Origin: Octopus sinensis
Lineage: Eukaryota
Assembly (NCBI RefSeq): GCF_006345805.1
Contig: NC_042999.1
Span: forward strand, 33,604,001-33,668,000
Direction: 5' to 3'
DNA: 64,000 bases
Shown: piece by piece, positions 1-12,788 of the stretch
Numbering within the stretch: the stretch's first letter is position 1
Layout of the letters: each line of letters begins with the position of its first letter
Notes under the pieces: generated by a model
Databases searched by the model: none
What the model saw: only the letters and a program-made list of their open reading frames with translations
What the model was told of the DNA's origin: nothing
Program-made: the position numbers and the translations under genes

Positions 1-654
1 AATATCCGCCAATAAAAGCTATTATTAGTGGTGCGGAAAAAGAAACAAAATTCTAACATGATACAAAGCAGCATGAAACATACACAAAACAGAAAATAGT
101 TTAATTTACGAATGTAAAATAAAATCATCGTGAAAATAACGTCGACATTCTATTAAATGAACTTCGTATTTTCATTAATGATAATAACAAATCAATTTCG
201 CAACAACGGATTGACCAAATGATTTGTATTACACCCGCTAATACATTTACTAACCAAAATAAATGTTATTAGAGAGCATTAGCTGAATATATATGGAGTC
301 AAGAAGTTTCGATTTCAAACTGCTGTTGAATATGAGAGGTACTAATCCCGCCTGCAATGGCAAAACCAAATAATAATTAACAATCAGCAAAATAATATCG
401 TGTTGTGTCTAGGGAGAGTCATTCTCTTTACTGCCTTAATATTTATCTCACTCATCGGTAAAGTATACACTCATTTACTTATTTATATTACCTATCTACC
501 TATTCGCCACTATGTCTATCTGTTTACATTCATATCCATTTGCCTACATACATGTGCAGATACATATACGTATACAGATATACATACACACACACATACA
601 TGCATCTATATAACAGCCCACTAAATATTCTAGCTGTATATAAATATAAACTTT

Positions 655-1115
655 GGGTATGGGGGAATGACTACCTACTACATATATTTCTGTTTAGTAG
701 TGAGGACGTACTTCTGTATTTGCCTGAGTGTCTGGTCCTTTGGGAGTTTGAATAAAATGTCAAATTGACCCACGTTGCCTCCATGTAGGTCCTTGGCATG
801 TTGGTAGAGAATTGAGGACTGCCTTTTTGTCGTCATATTGTCTCTAATGTTTCATCTAGTCTTTCCGTAATGCTCCTAGATGTATCTCTTAAATATGTAA
901 TGTTCATGTCTTTATGCTGTTTCTAGTTCTACAGTTTATGCCAGAGTTAATCCTACATACCATGCAGTTATCATTGTTGCATATGGTATTCTCAAAGGGG
1001 TATGCCCTATATAGTTGTGATCTGATGCAGTTCCCTGGCTTTTCAACGATCTTTATGTTGAATTTGGTCCCATACAGACAGTATTATACAGGTATAATAT
1101 TTAGTGGAATGTTAC
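655..1115 (-). mobile_element. Penelope-like retroelement, decayed GIY-YIG endonuclease region
   Basis: Frameshifted minus-strand translation gives FNIKIVEKPGNCIRSQLYRAYPF, a Cys cluster (CNNDNCMVC...C), DTSRSITERLDE and SILYQHAKDLHGG. This is the order expected in a PLE endonuclease. Confidence 0.65.
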
Positions 1116-1660
1116 GTAGATGTATGTATGTGTGTATATGTATACGTATATGCATGTGCACATGTATGTAGGTAAATGGATATCAATATAAAAAGACAGA
1201 CATACAGGCGGATAGGTACGTAGGTTATATGAACAGACAAGCACACATGCATACATATATACGCAAATGAAGACAGAAACATGTGATAATGTACAGACAC
1301 ACCTCACTACATACAAGGACACATATGGAGACACACACCCATACATACAAACACTACATAGTCACAAAAAACCCTTTCACGGACACACTCAGACATACAC
1401 ATACAAGGAGACAGAGGTACACACAAATGCAAACACACACACATAAAAACAGACACGAACTCACAAACACATGAATATGCAGAATACATACATACAAGCG
1501 TACACACGTACATAAATATGTACATATGCACACACATGCATGCATATATACACATACAAATATATATACATACATACTTGTCTATGCATGCACACACACA
1601 CTGATCCACACACATGCGCACAAACAAACAGAAAGAACGCAGCTCGGACAATGGACAGAG
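1116..1660. repeat. Degenerate (CA/TA)-rich simple repeat
   Basis: Continuous ACAC/ATAC/ATAT motifs; source of the spurious CVY-rich ORFs. Confidence 0.8.
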
Positions 1661-2121
1661 GCAACGACTATTGAATAGGTTACAAGACTGAACGAAAGTT
1701 TAGGAAAAATTAATACGTAAATGAGTGGAAACTTTACCGGCGAGTGTGTTAAATAATAAAGTACTAAAAGAGAATGACTCTCCCCAGACACAACAACATA
1801 TGCTGCAACATACGAACTCATAGAATCTTGCAAACCAGATCCAAAAACGAAGTAAAGTAATATCTGATAAATTTTAAAATAAACTGATATAAACATTGTA
1901 AGTGCTCACTAAACGACTGTAAATATTCGATATTCAACTGAAATCATTGTTATTTTCAATATCGAAAGATTTTTCTTTATATTATCTACATTTATATCAT
2001 CAATAATTGCATATTCATATATAAATATTTTCCTACTCATCCATATGAAAATGCGTGTATATATCTATGTATGTGTTTGTCTACGTGAATGTGTGAACGT
2101 ATATATGCATGTATACCCCCA

Positions 2122-2199
<78 letters not shown>

Positions 2200-2202
2200 A
2201 GT

Positions 2203-2313
2203 GTAGTTCTCCGTTTCAGTCTGTCCTATATAGTTATCCCCACAACCTGAACGGGTTATAACATAAATTAGATCCTCGCAAGCACAAATGAAGGCGGTTT
2301 CAATGGTGAACAT
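2203..2313 (-). mobile_element. Inverted GIY-YIG fragment at the 5' end of a Penelope-like element
   Basis: Translates LIYVITRSGCGDNYIGQT; the reverse complement aligns with 3554-3638 of the adjacent element. Confidence 0.8.
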
Positions 2314-3830
2314 CTCTCATTATTTGAATAGGAAACCTTTGCTGAAATACATCAAAAGTCTCATTAGAGACGTACTTGACATGCTTCAGCACCTACCAAA
2401 AACAAGTAATAAAGAGACATTATTGGTTTCCGTCGATTATATTAATCTTTACACACATTCCACATCACTATGGAATAAAAGAAATAAATGCCTGGATGGA
2501 AATATATCCTGAGCGCATGTATTCCGGAACGCATAAACATGGTTTTTATTATTGAATTTTTTAAATTTATACTTCAGAACAAATATTTCCTATTTCCTGA
2601 TATCTACTATTTTCCAAAATGCAAAATTGCGATGGGCTCGAAATTAGCTCCTGTTCTTTCGAACCTAATAGTGGGATATTCTGATTTCAACATATATGAA
2701 GTGCCACTTCAAAAATATGAATATCCATTGCACCATTATGTATGATGGAACTGAAGATACATGGGTGAATACTTAATCATTTGGAAGATAACCATTGATA
2801 AACTTTTGGAATTTAAATTAATACTAGATAAAATAACCCCTAACATACATCCGACACTATTGTGGAAATCCTTTTTGGTAAATTAAAGGGAATATTGCTT
2901 TGTATGTGTTTCCGGTGGCATGAGCTCACTTTCTTGGGTATTATGATAAAAATGTCAACAACCAGCTCGTAACTGACATTTATCATATACCAACGGTATC
3001 GAAGTGATATTTCCTGTTTAGCTCATGCCACCTGAAATGCATAAAAAGCAATATCCCCTTTAATTTAGCAAAAAGTATTTCCACAATAGTGTCGGATGGA
3101 AATACTCCGAACATTCGTCTTCGAAACCTAAAAGCAATACTACGGGAAAGACAAAATCCAACCTCACTAATAGACGATGGAATTAAGCATGATAAGAAAT
3201 TGGGCATTAAAACACTTACGGTAGCAAAACGTAATACCACACCTCATCTCAAATCACTACCGTATATATCAACCCACAACCATACAATGAGGCATACAAC
3301 GCTATTATACAAAATCTACTTGTGCTTACTAAAGATCCAAAAATGAACAACCTCTGTAAACACCTAAATTCATCAAATGCAAAAAGCCACACAAATCGCT
3401 GAAAAGACTTCTGACAAATACGAATCTTTACACAACAACCACGAAACCTACGGTTAAAGCATATGGACGCTCAAACTGTGGACCTGCCCAAACCTCCTGG
3501 AAAGCACGGAATACCTATTCAGACAAGAAAAGAGTTTCACATTTATACCCAACTTCACTTGTGCTTTCGAGAGTCTAATTTATGTTATAAACTGTTCAGG
3601 TTGTTGACATATCTAGGGCAGACAAGTATGACACTGAGACCGAAACCAACCAACATAAGGAACAGATCCGGTTCCCGCAAGACAGACAGATTCTTTTGAG
3701 TTAATACATAGTGAGTTATGCAGGTAATATCCAACCAAACTTCCAAGTTTTCCCTGCCTATCAGTGCAAAGGATCAATTTCTAAACAAAAATCTTTAAAT
3801 AAATTGAGAATCAAAATTGTCCGACGAACG
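2314..3830 (+). mobile_element. Penelope-like element, decayed RT plus GIY-YIG
   Basis: LLVSVDYINLYT, ILQNKYFLF...AMGSKLAPVLSNLIVGY, thumb region SCHLKCIKSNIPFNLAK, then a C-terminal YLGQT endonuclease motif; many stops and frameshifts. Confidence 0.85.
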
Positions 3831-3883
3831 GGAACGTAAATTTTTATAATATTTAATTTACTCCTTATATCCTGCCTTACATA

Positions 3884-4113
3884 GGCGGCGAGCTGGCAGA
3901 ATCGTTAGCACGCCGGGAGAAATGAGTAGCCGTATTTCGTCTGTCTTGACGTTCTGAGTTCAATTCCGCCGAGGTCGACTTTGCCTTTCATCCTTTCGGG
4001 GTCGATACATTAAGTACCATTTACGCACTGGGGTCGATGTAATCGACTTAATCCCTTTGTCTGTCCTTGTTTCTCCCCTCTATGTTTAGCCCCTTGTGGG
4101 TAATAAAGAAACA
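3884..4113 (+). mobile_element. tRNA-derived SINE, family A, with 18-bp TSD
   Basis: A-box-like tggcagaatcg and B-box-like gttcaattcc; core gtcgactttgcctttcatcctttcggggtcgat; TSD tatatcctgccttacata at 3866-3883 and 4114-4131. Confidence 0.9.
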
Positions 4114-4289
4114 TATATCCTGCCTTACATATCTCTTTATATCCTGCCTTAGAATATCAGTAATCAAAAATCACAAAATATTAAAACTAAGGTAGTTAAA
4201 TTCTTTAGTAATATGTGCCTGAGTATTACCTTTGAGGATGATAGAACATAAGTTATTTCCTTGTCTTTACACGCAACTGAAATTCAGCT

Positions 4290-5470
4290 TTTTATTTCCT
4301 ATACCATAAAGCTTCAACAGATCTGAAATATATTAGCTTTCTTAGCAATCATCCTTCAGATATAACAAAAACACCTGGTGAAGGATATACCACTCAGACT
4401 CTCTAAATTATCCGCCAATGTTAAACTTTTCAATAGAAATGCTGATTTTATAATGCGTCCTTATGGAAGGCAGGCTATAAGGAGCAAATTAAGTATTATA
4501 AACTTTTTGACCCCTGTTTAACATGTAATTATGTGGTTGATAGTAGTTCTACTACTAATAATAATAATATTATTTATAACGTTTCTTACATAGGTAATGA
4601 TTAGGATAATTCCTTAAATCGAAATAATCAAAAACCTAATCTTGGTAAATTTAAAATAAACAGTCTAAGATAGGTAACTATACTTCCCCACTCTTTTTCT
4701 GTACTGTTAATGGGAAGTTTCGCTATAAATCGCATGATCCTAGTAAAACTATTTGGTTTATTACTCCATATGGAAAGAAAATCATTAATAACCTTCCTTA
4801 CCTGTTTCGTAAACCCATCGAGAGGAACTTCCCCTAAAATTCCAGGTACCGCTTAATTTTCAACTCACATGGTATCAGAACCGGTTTTTCCAACACTAAT
4901 AATCTCCTGTACGTTATATCCTCGCATAACGACTATATTCTTAACGGCAAAATGGCTTCGTTTAATAACTCACTCTAATAACAATCATATTAATAAAGAT
5001 AATCACTTCTTAAAAAATAATATCAATAGTAATAATGCTTGTAATTGCAGTCCGAATAAAACCTCCGTTCTCAACAGAAATTAAAGTGCTGTTTATCAAT
5101 GTAGAGCATCTTTAGGAACAAAAGAATGTTTTTAAATCCGTCTTGCCTGAACATAAATTTTAAAAAAGCGTATTGACAACCATCTTTCTACATTTAAATA
5201 TATTAATAAAAGTAATACTACAGGACTTAGTAAACTAATTTAGCACCTCAAAGGCAACAATAAACAATTTTCTTTGGATGGAAAAAATTTTTGAAGATTG
5301 TCTCCTTATGATAAAGGGAAATCATTTTGTTCTCTTTATACGGAAAAAAAACAATTATTTATACTATTTACCAAACACACTAGTCAACACTTATAAGGAG
5401 CGTGTTTATAGGTGTTTACATAGGAAAAACACACTTTCAGCTATTTCAGATAATTTTTGTCTCCTTACCT
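4290..5470 (+). mobile_element. Penelope-like element of a second lineage, RT thumb plus GIY-YIG, decayed
   Basis: LKYISFLSNHPSDI...IPLRLSKLSAN, TIWFITPYGKK, VISSHND, NACNC, FKKRIDNHLSTF...TGLSKLI, VYRCLHRKN. Confidence 0.8.
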
Positions 5471-5705
5471 AATAATATCTACAACTTACATTTTGCTCTT
5501 TTCATACTATACATCCCATTCTTTCCTTTCTCATTCCTATCCATTCACCGATTTGATTATACCTTCGTTAATAATATAATTGTCTTTCTCTCTCTTTATT
5601 TTCCTCTCTCGTTCTACGACGTCAAGTTTCTGAAAGGATTTTATAAAAAATTACTAGTGTTCTCTATGAACCTTGGTTTTTCATATATATATATATATTA
5701 TATAT

Positions 5706-5739
<34 letters not shown>

Positions 5740-5752
5740 CATATATGTCTTG

Positions 5753-6002
5753 GGAAAACTTCCAACCTGGGTTCTCATTCCTAAGGTATTTTTCGATGTT
5801 GTTATTATTATTATCATTATTATTATTGTTATTATTATTATTATTATTATTTATTATTATTATTATTATTAATAATAATAATAATAATAATAATGATAAT
5901 AATAATAATAATAATCATAATAATATTATAATAATAATAATAATAATAATAATATAATAATAATAATAATAATAATATAATAATAATAATAATCATAATA
6001 AT

Positions 6003-6040
<38 letters not shown>

Positions 6041-6095
6041 TAATAACAGCATCAAAAAATACCTTAGGAATGAGAACCCAGGTTTCGAAATTTCT
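5753..6095. repeat. Spacerless palindrome centred on (ATT)n/(AAT)n
   Basis: aacctgggttctcattcctaaggtattttt at ~5763 is the reverse complement of aaaaataccttaggaatgagaacccaggtt at ~6056-6084; symmetry centre at 5870/5871. Confidence 0.9.
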
Positions 6096-6096
6096 G

Positions 6097-6143
6097 TAAC
6101 ACACCCGATGAAGGCTGGAGGGTATATCAGCCGAAACGTGTTA
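6097..6143 (+). ncRNA. Degenerate minimal hammerhead ribozyme in a PLE terminal repeat
   Basis: CCGAUGA (6105-6111), stem II GGCUG/CAGCC, GAAAC (6133-6137), stem I taacac/gtgtta. No NUH triplet remains, so it is probably inactive. Confidence 0.6.
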
Positions 6144-6292
6144 ACAACAATCAAGATGAGGACAAATATCCGTCAAACGTAAATGATATAAATAATGTAC
6201 ATAATTCACCATCTCTTAACTATAGAACTGCATAAAACTCTGGTTGTCAAGTGGGAAATATGGGACAAGTACAGCTGCAAAATCTGTGAGAC

Positions 6293-6437
6293 ACACTCAT
6301 ACACACAACGAATTCGCTCACAGTACTTTGGTAGGCCGTGGCTATAGTAACAGAAAACTGCCAGATGTCACACGCAGTTGGACAGAACCCGAAACCATGC
6401 GGCGGAGAAGCAAACTTCTCACCACAGACACGCATGG
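6293..6437 (-). mobile_element. SINE family B, diverged 5' half
   Basis: Similar to the reverse complement of the head of 9371-9797. Confidence 0.65.
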
Positions 6438-6823
6438 GTCTATAAATAGGGAAGTCAACCAAGCAGAATGCTGAACTTGACCGAAACAAAAGCAGGTTCC
6501 TCGAAAACAGTAAATATTCTTTATCAAAATAAAATGACCTCACGAAATCTGCACTCAGCTAAAACTTGTACAGGGAACCAACCGACTGACCAAAACGCTA
6601 ATGCCAAAACAAAATGTAATTTTTGACGAAAAACATCTGCGAAAAAGTATGACATCATCAAAATTATAAGCAATCAAAAATTAGATTCTTTTCCGTAAAA
6701 ACAATATATAAACAAAATATATCTTCCGATTCCCAAAATAGCCTGAACAGCGAAGAGAAAAGTGCACGAAGGAAAAAAGAACTACACACACCACGGCAGA
6801 AATTGTAAAAAGAAATAAAGTTT

Positions 6824-6872
<49 letters not shown>

Positions 6873-7189
6873 TCTATAACTTTCAACTTCGCCGAACATT
6901 TATTTTGATATTATCTATCTCTGTCAACTCATGGAAACTTCTGTGCAAATTTGATCGTTTAAACACGTTTTTCCGATTTTTACCTCGACATTTTAAACTG
7001 TGTTTTAAAAAATGGCCCTTATTTTATATATCTTTCTACCAATGATGAACAAAAAAATTGTTGAAACTAGTTTTGTATGTGAATAAATCTATTAAAAACA
7101 ACTGTATGCATATATATATAGACACATACATATAGACACATATATATATATATATACATATATACATAGACACATATAGACACATATGA

Positions 7190-7960
7190 ATACCACTGAA
7201 GAAAGCATTGATCGTATTCATACATGGTGAATGATGACAAGCCATCCACTATAAATCACATAGCTAATGTCATTTGTGTATTGCGTGAGAGGGTTGTGGA
7301 TATTCTACACAATGAACTAGGCTTGAAAAACGTTTTTCCTCGGTGGGCTGCATGTCGTCTGACACCTGATCAAAAGCGCACCTGGTTGACCACATCACAG
7401 AGAAATCTGACATTTCTGGAGGCAGCTGGCTTCTTTGAGCCTTTTCTTCAGCCAGAGATAACGAGACAATCCATGAAATAGAAGCACGCCTCCTCACTAC
7501 ATGCTCCAATGACGATCTAGTCCTATTTATGTGCAGAGAAGGTGACAGCCTCAGATTTTGGGGATGCAAAATGCATTGTTTATAGAATATTTTCAAAAGG
7601 GCCATACCAACAATGGAAAATAATATACCAATTTGCTGAGGCAGTTACGAAAATTTATCAAGACTATACGCTCATGAAAACTGACGAAAGACTACTTTTT
7701 TGAATACGGTACTTGCTTTCAGTGGCTGCTGACTGTGACTGTAGCTTTGAAGAAGTTGATCACTCTCCCTATTCCTCTTATTTTGCCTTTTATAGCTATG
7801 ATTTATGGCCTGACATGAAAAAGGTTTTGGCTAGGAGCCAGATGACGTCAAATCTTATGTTGATAAATTTTCACGAACATGATGAAAGCACATTCAACAG
7901 TGGGATCCAAGCATTGCAAGAGCAATGCAAAACATTTTGGTCCACTTACATGAAAGTATC
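7190..7960 (+). mobile_element. Mariner transposase relic
   Basis: ILHNELGLKNVFPRWAACRLTPDQK (WVPHEL-like), QPEITRQSMK, FWDAK, DHSPYSSYFA (YSPDLAP-like); internal deletions. Confidence 0.85.
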
Positions 7961-8353
7961 TTATTCGGTGTATGGTGATTTCAGCAGAGCTTCGTATTAT
8001 ATTTAAATTGTATTTACAAAACTTTCTTTAAAGTGTTATCCATCTTTCTAGCAATAGAAATTGGAGATAAAATTTCACTAATACCCTTATGCAAAATAAA
8101 GATAAAAATGAGATAGAATTGTGCTTAAGTTAGACATTTCAGATAAAATTTATGATAACTTACGCGAAAAAACATTTTGAAGACAACCGTGAAAATAATT
8201 AATTTCTGCTTGTTAGAATATTCTAAACGACTCAAGTATGTATGTTACAAATTTATATCTACATAAATATGCAAACTTTGATTACCATAATTTCTGAAGA
8301 TTCAAGTACATCATCTTATGAAATCAGTTTTATTGAACACAATAAAACGCTTC

Positions 8354-8395
<42 letters not shown>

Positions 8396-8537
8396 ATAAG
8401 TTTGCGTTGCGTGTTTGAATGCAGTGTATGCATTTACATATATATGTAAATATATATAAATGTATATTTATACATAACATGTATCACAATCGTTATTGAA
8501 CAGTTTATAACTCTCTCTCTCTCCCTCTCTCTCTTTC

Positions 8538-8539
8538 TC

Positions 8540-8607
<68 letters not shown>

Positions 8608-8667
8608 GATAGATATATAGATAGATGGATGGATGGATGGATGGATGGATGGATGGATAGATGGATG

Positions 8668-8754
<87 letters not shown>

Positions 8755-8922
8755 GGATATATATATATAGATAGATGGATAGATAGATAGATAGATAGAT
8801 GGATATATATATATATAGATAGATGGATAGATAGATAGATAGATAGATAGATGGTTGAATGGGTGGATAGATGGATGGATAGATAGATAGATAGATAGAT
8901 ACACAGACAGGCAGTTAAACAA

Positions 8923-8992
<70 letters not shown>

Positions 8993-8993
8993 T

Positions 8994-9075
<82 letters not shown>
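8538..9075. repeat. Composite (GATA)n/(GGAT)n microsatellite
   Basis: Directly visible; source of the IYLS-repeat ORFs. Confidence 0.95.
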
Positions 9076-9094
9076 CCATTGATTCCTATTCCCT

Positions 9095-9216
9095 GCTGAT
9101 TCAAATTTCGAGGGCCTTAAAGGAACCTATCTCGTCAGATTGGCAATAAGCGTTGTTTCGGATTATTACCAGTCTGATGAAAAGGCTCCGATAGGGGCTT
9201 CGAAACTTGAACTAGC
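9095..9216. ncRNA. Imperfect palindrome with two opposite-polarity hammerhead cores
   Basis: Plus strand CUGAUGA 9174-9180 and GAAAC 9202-9206; minus strand CUGACGA (9132-9138) and GAAA (9106-9109). Arms match 41/55 by manual alignment; 13-nt spacer. Confidence 0.6.
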
Positions 9217-9370
9217 ATGGAATCTGAACCAAACTGTTTTGTCTAATACATGTAATTCCCCACAAAATGTGTTGAGTGTTCTTCCTTTTGTTTGTCCACT
9301 CAGTCATATATATCCATAGATATATATCTTTGCTTAAGTTCAAAATATTGTTTTTTCAGAAAACAAAATA

Positions 9371-9535
9371 GACGCAGGAGTGGCTGCGTGGTAAGTAGCT
9401 TGTTTACCAACCACATGGTTCCGGGTTCAGTCCCACTGCGTGGCATCTTGCGCAAGTGTCTTCTACTATAGACTCGGGCCGACCAAAGCCTTGTGAGTGG
9501 ATTTGGTAGACGGAAACTGAAATAAGCCCGTCGTA

Positions 9536-9572
<37 letters not shown>

Positions 9573-9797
9573 ATATGTGTGTTTGTGTGTCTGTGTTTCT
9601 CCCCCTAGTATTGCTTGACAACCGATGCTGGTGTGCTTATGTCCCCGTAACTTAGCGGTTTGACAAAAGAGACCGATAGAATAAGTACTGGGCTTACAAA
9701 AGAATAAGTCCCGGGGTCGAGTTGCTCGATTAAAGGCGGTGCTTCATCATGGCCGCAGTCAAATGACTGAAACAAGTAAAAAAAAGAGTAAAAAGAG
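9371..9797 (+). mobile_element. tRNA-derived SINE, family B, full length, with internal (TA)n/(TG)n
   Basis: Head gcaggagtggctgcgtggtaag...gggttcagtccc, body ending aagcccgtcg, microsatellite, then a 3' half ending gactgaaacaagtaaaa; many related copies in the window. Confidence 0.9.
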
Positions 9798-9973
9798 CTT
9801 CACCATTCCCTAGCGGAACCGGTGTCCTACACTTTGAGAAGCAGCTGGAGATAAGATAACTTGGCCAAAAGAACTGGCTAGTGCAAGTAAAAATAAATAT
9901 TGAAAAAAGCAATTGGTCAAACTTGGACGTACGGCAGTTTAACATAATAGCCTCTTACCCTCTCTCTCCATAT

Positions 9974-10057
<84 letters not shown>

Positions 10058-10117
10058 ATATATATATATATATAACATAATAGCCTCTTACCCTCTCTCT
10101 CCATATATATATATATA

Positions 10118-10162
<45 letters not shown>

Positions 10163-10166
10163 ATAT

Positions 10167-10205
<39 letters not shown>

Positions 10206-10252
10206 AAAGATATATATGTGTATATATATATATATATATAATAACCTATAAT

Positions 10253-10520
10253 TCTTTTATTCTTTCAGTTGTTTCAGTCATTTGACTGGAGCCATGCTGA
10301 AGCACTGCCTTTTAGTCGGTCGAAGAGATCGACCCCATGACTGCTGTATTAAGGAGATGTAAACACACCAACTTTGATTAATCAAGCGATAGGTGGAGAG
10401 GACAAACACAGGCACAAAGACACACACATAAATATATACATATATATACAACTGAATTCTATTAGTTTCCGTTACAACGTCCACTCAAACCTTTGATTGG
10501 CCCGGTAGTGTAGTGTGATG
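10253..10520 (-). mobile_element. SINE family B, internally deleted
   Basis: ttgtttcagtcatttgactggagccatgctg...gacaaacacag...tttccg matches the reverse complement of 9371-9797. Confidence 0.75.
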
Positions 10521-11447
10521 CACGTCCACGACGTTCCGCAGAGTGGGATGGATCCTGGAATCATTTCGAAATAAAAATCCTACTACGGTACAGGCGATTG
10601 CAATAACTTCGTTATAAATTTGTCCGATCGAAATCGAGCTGGAACTAAAACAACAATAACGACAACGAGTATGTGAATGTGACAAACTAATAATCTATCT
10701 CAAAAAGAACAATAAAAGACGAAGAAATATTAAAGATTATCTGTTTGAGAGAAACAGTTTTTCTTGTGATTGCGTGTTTCAATAGTTTTATACGTCGTGA
10801 ACTTGCATGAACTAAGAACACTTTGCAAGTTTACTGTCGTCACGTCAACTCTCTGAATATTTATTTCTCGTAATGACAGAATCGCTAGGTTTTTCAGTGT
10901 GAAGTTAGCAAATCTGAAATCCATATATTCAATACATAGATAATATCTTTGATATCTTGTACAATGACGGTGAATCAAAAACCAACGCCGATATCAATAG
11001 GATTGAATGTAAATATATCTAAGATTATGTGTTGTAAATAACCGAATAATAATTGTTCTCAATCCATCAGTGTTTAAAGTATGAACGTATAGCAAACTGA
11101 ACGCAGAACAAAAAATGAAGCGTTAGAGGATTTGCATATGAAGCAGTCTTGATATTTTACTTAATTAGCGAATGAGATTTCTATCACGATTAAAAGTTCT
11201 CTAATTATTATTTTCTTTACAAATGTATCCAACGTATTGGTTGCTTAATCATCAGCAATTAACGAACATATTTAAATATGACGTATTCTTCAAAATCTAT
11301 TTAGTGATATTCTCAAATATAGCAGAAATTGCATTTGCAAACTGATCGTTAATAAACGTTAGACTTTTCATCGCTCTGCACCTGATTCTCACTGATTCAC
11401 CTAAAAAAATCTTTATACATGGGCACACATACAAACACACACACACA

Positions 11448-11479
<32 letters not shown>

Positions 11480-11579
11480 TGTTTATATATATATATACAT
11501 ACACACACACATATATATGTTGAGTCATCTCATAAATATTACGGTTTTTACACTTCTTTTATTTTTCAGAATTAAGATA

Positions 11580-12450
11580 AACATAGCGCTTTTTAATTTC
11601 AAAACTGCTGTCCTTCATCTTTTACAATGATCTTCCATCTATCTGGTACACTTGCAAGGCCACTCTTTCAAAATTCACTTCTCCGTGACAAAAAATACTC
11701 CTCCAATACTGTTCTGACGTAGTCTACAAAATAAATTCATATTGTTTCAGTCCAAATGATTTTGAATATTGTGGAATAAATGATAATCAGATGGGGCAAT
11801 GTCAGGCGAATATAGTGGGAGGGGCATCGATTCCAATTCAGACTGCTCCAGCCTTTGGAATGCCATCATCACTGTATGTGGCAGAGCATTATTCTGATAG
11901 AAGAACACCTTTCGTCTTTAAACCAAAGATGGTCGTTTTTCTTCTAGCACTGACTTAGACCACTCAAGCTGCTAGTAGTAGATCTCCTTAGTTATTGCTT
12001 TGTTTGGGTTTAAAATTTCAAAGTGGACTAACCCTTTACTACCCCAGAAGAGAGATAACAACACCTTACGTGAATGTAGGCCATGTTTAGCCTGAGGTGC
12101 CGGTGTTTATCTTTTCTCTACCCACTGTTATCGGCACGTGACATTTTTATATAGAATCCACTTCTCGTTACCAGTCATTATTCGGTCCAAAAATGTTCAT
12201 TCTTGAGCTGAGATAGCAAAGAAGAACGCAATTAGACTCGAAAATTTTGAGGAATCTCTTGACCCAATTTACAGACTTTTCCGATGGCACGCAGGTTTCC
12301 ATGAATCATTCAACCACGGTAGTTGTTGAATACATTCTTAAGTCCACCATTTCGTCAATCGCTGCAGATTCTAAGCTTCATCACTACTTCAACTCTGAAA
12401 TAAATTGCAATCTGTTAATAGTTTTAAGGAGGACATTGCCTCGGCTATAC
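11580..12450 (-). mobile_element. Mos1-like mariner (DD34D) transposase relic
   Basis: IMTGNEKWILYKN, PAPQAKHGLHSRKVLL, FFYQNNALPH, YSPDIAPSDYHLF; same family as 30620-31490. Confidence 0.9.
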
Positions 12451-12788
12451 TTTGGCATAAATAGTTTGACCTCTGGTTCAGTAGAAAAAAAAAAGTTACA
12501 TCAAAATATCTGCAACCTCAAGTGAGGCAGTAATGCAGATATTCATCTTCAAGTATCATAAACGTTTTCATTTCAAATCAAAAACTTTTCTTAGGCTTAA
12601 ATGATAGAAAAATGCACGGGGAATTCAGAATTGCTAGTCGCATTGAACAAAAATTAGTACAAAAAGAGTTATGAGGTAAAATGTTACGAAATTTCATGTC
12701 AGAAAGTAAGGAAGTAAGGGAGTAATGCTTCAGAAATAAGAATATAAGAATAAAGAATATATTTCTAAAATGAATGCTTATATCATAA

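Noticed and set aside
5402-6104. ORFs with poly-I, poly-L and poly-N runs
   Set aside because: Produced by (ATT)n/(AAT)n and a PLE 3' end.
8434-9104. 162-aa and 199-aa ORFs (IYLS repeats)
   Set aside because: Translations of (GATA)n. The same applies to the YI/CV-rich ORFs throughout the track.
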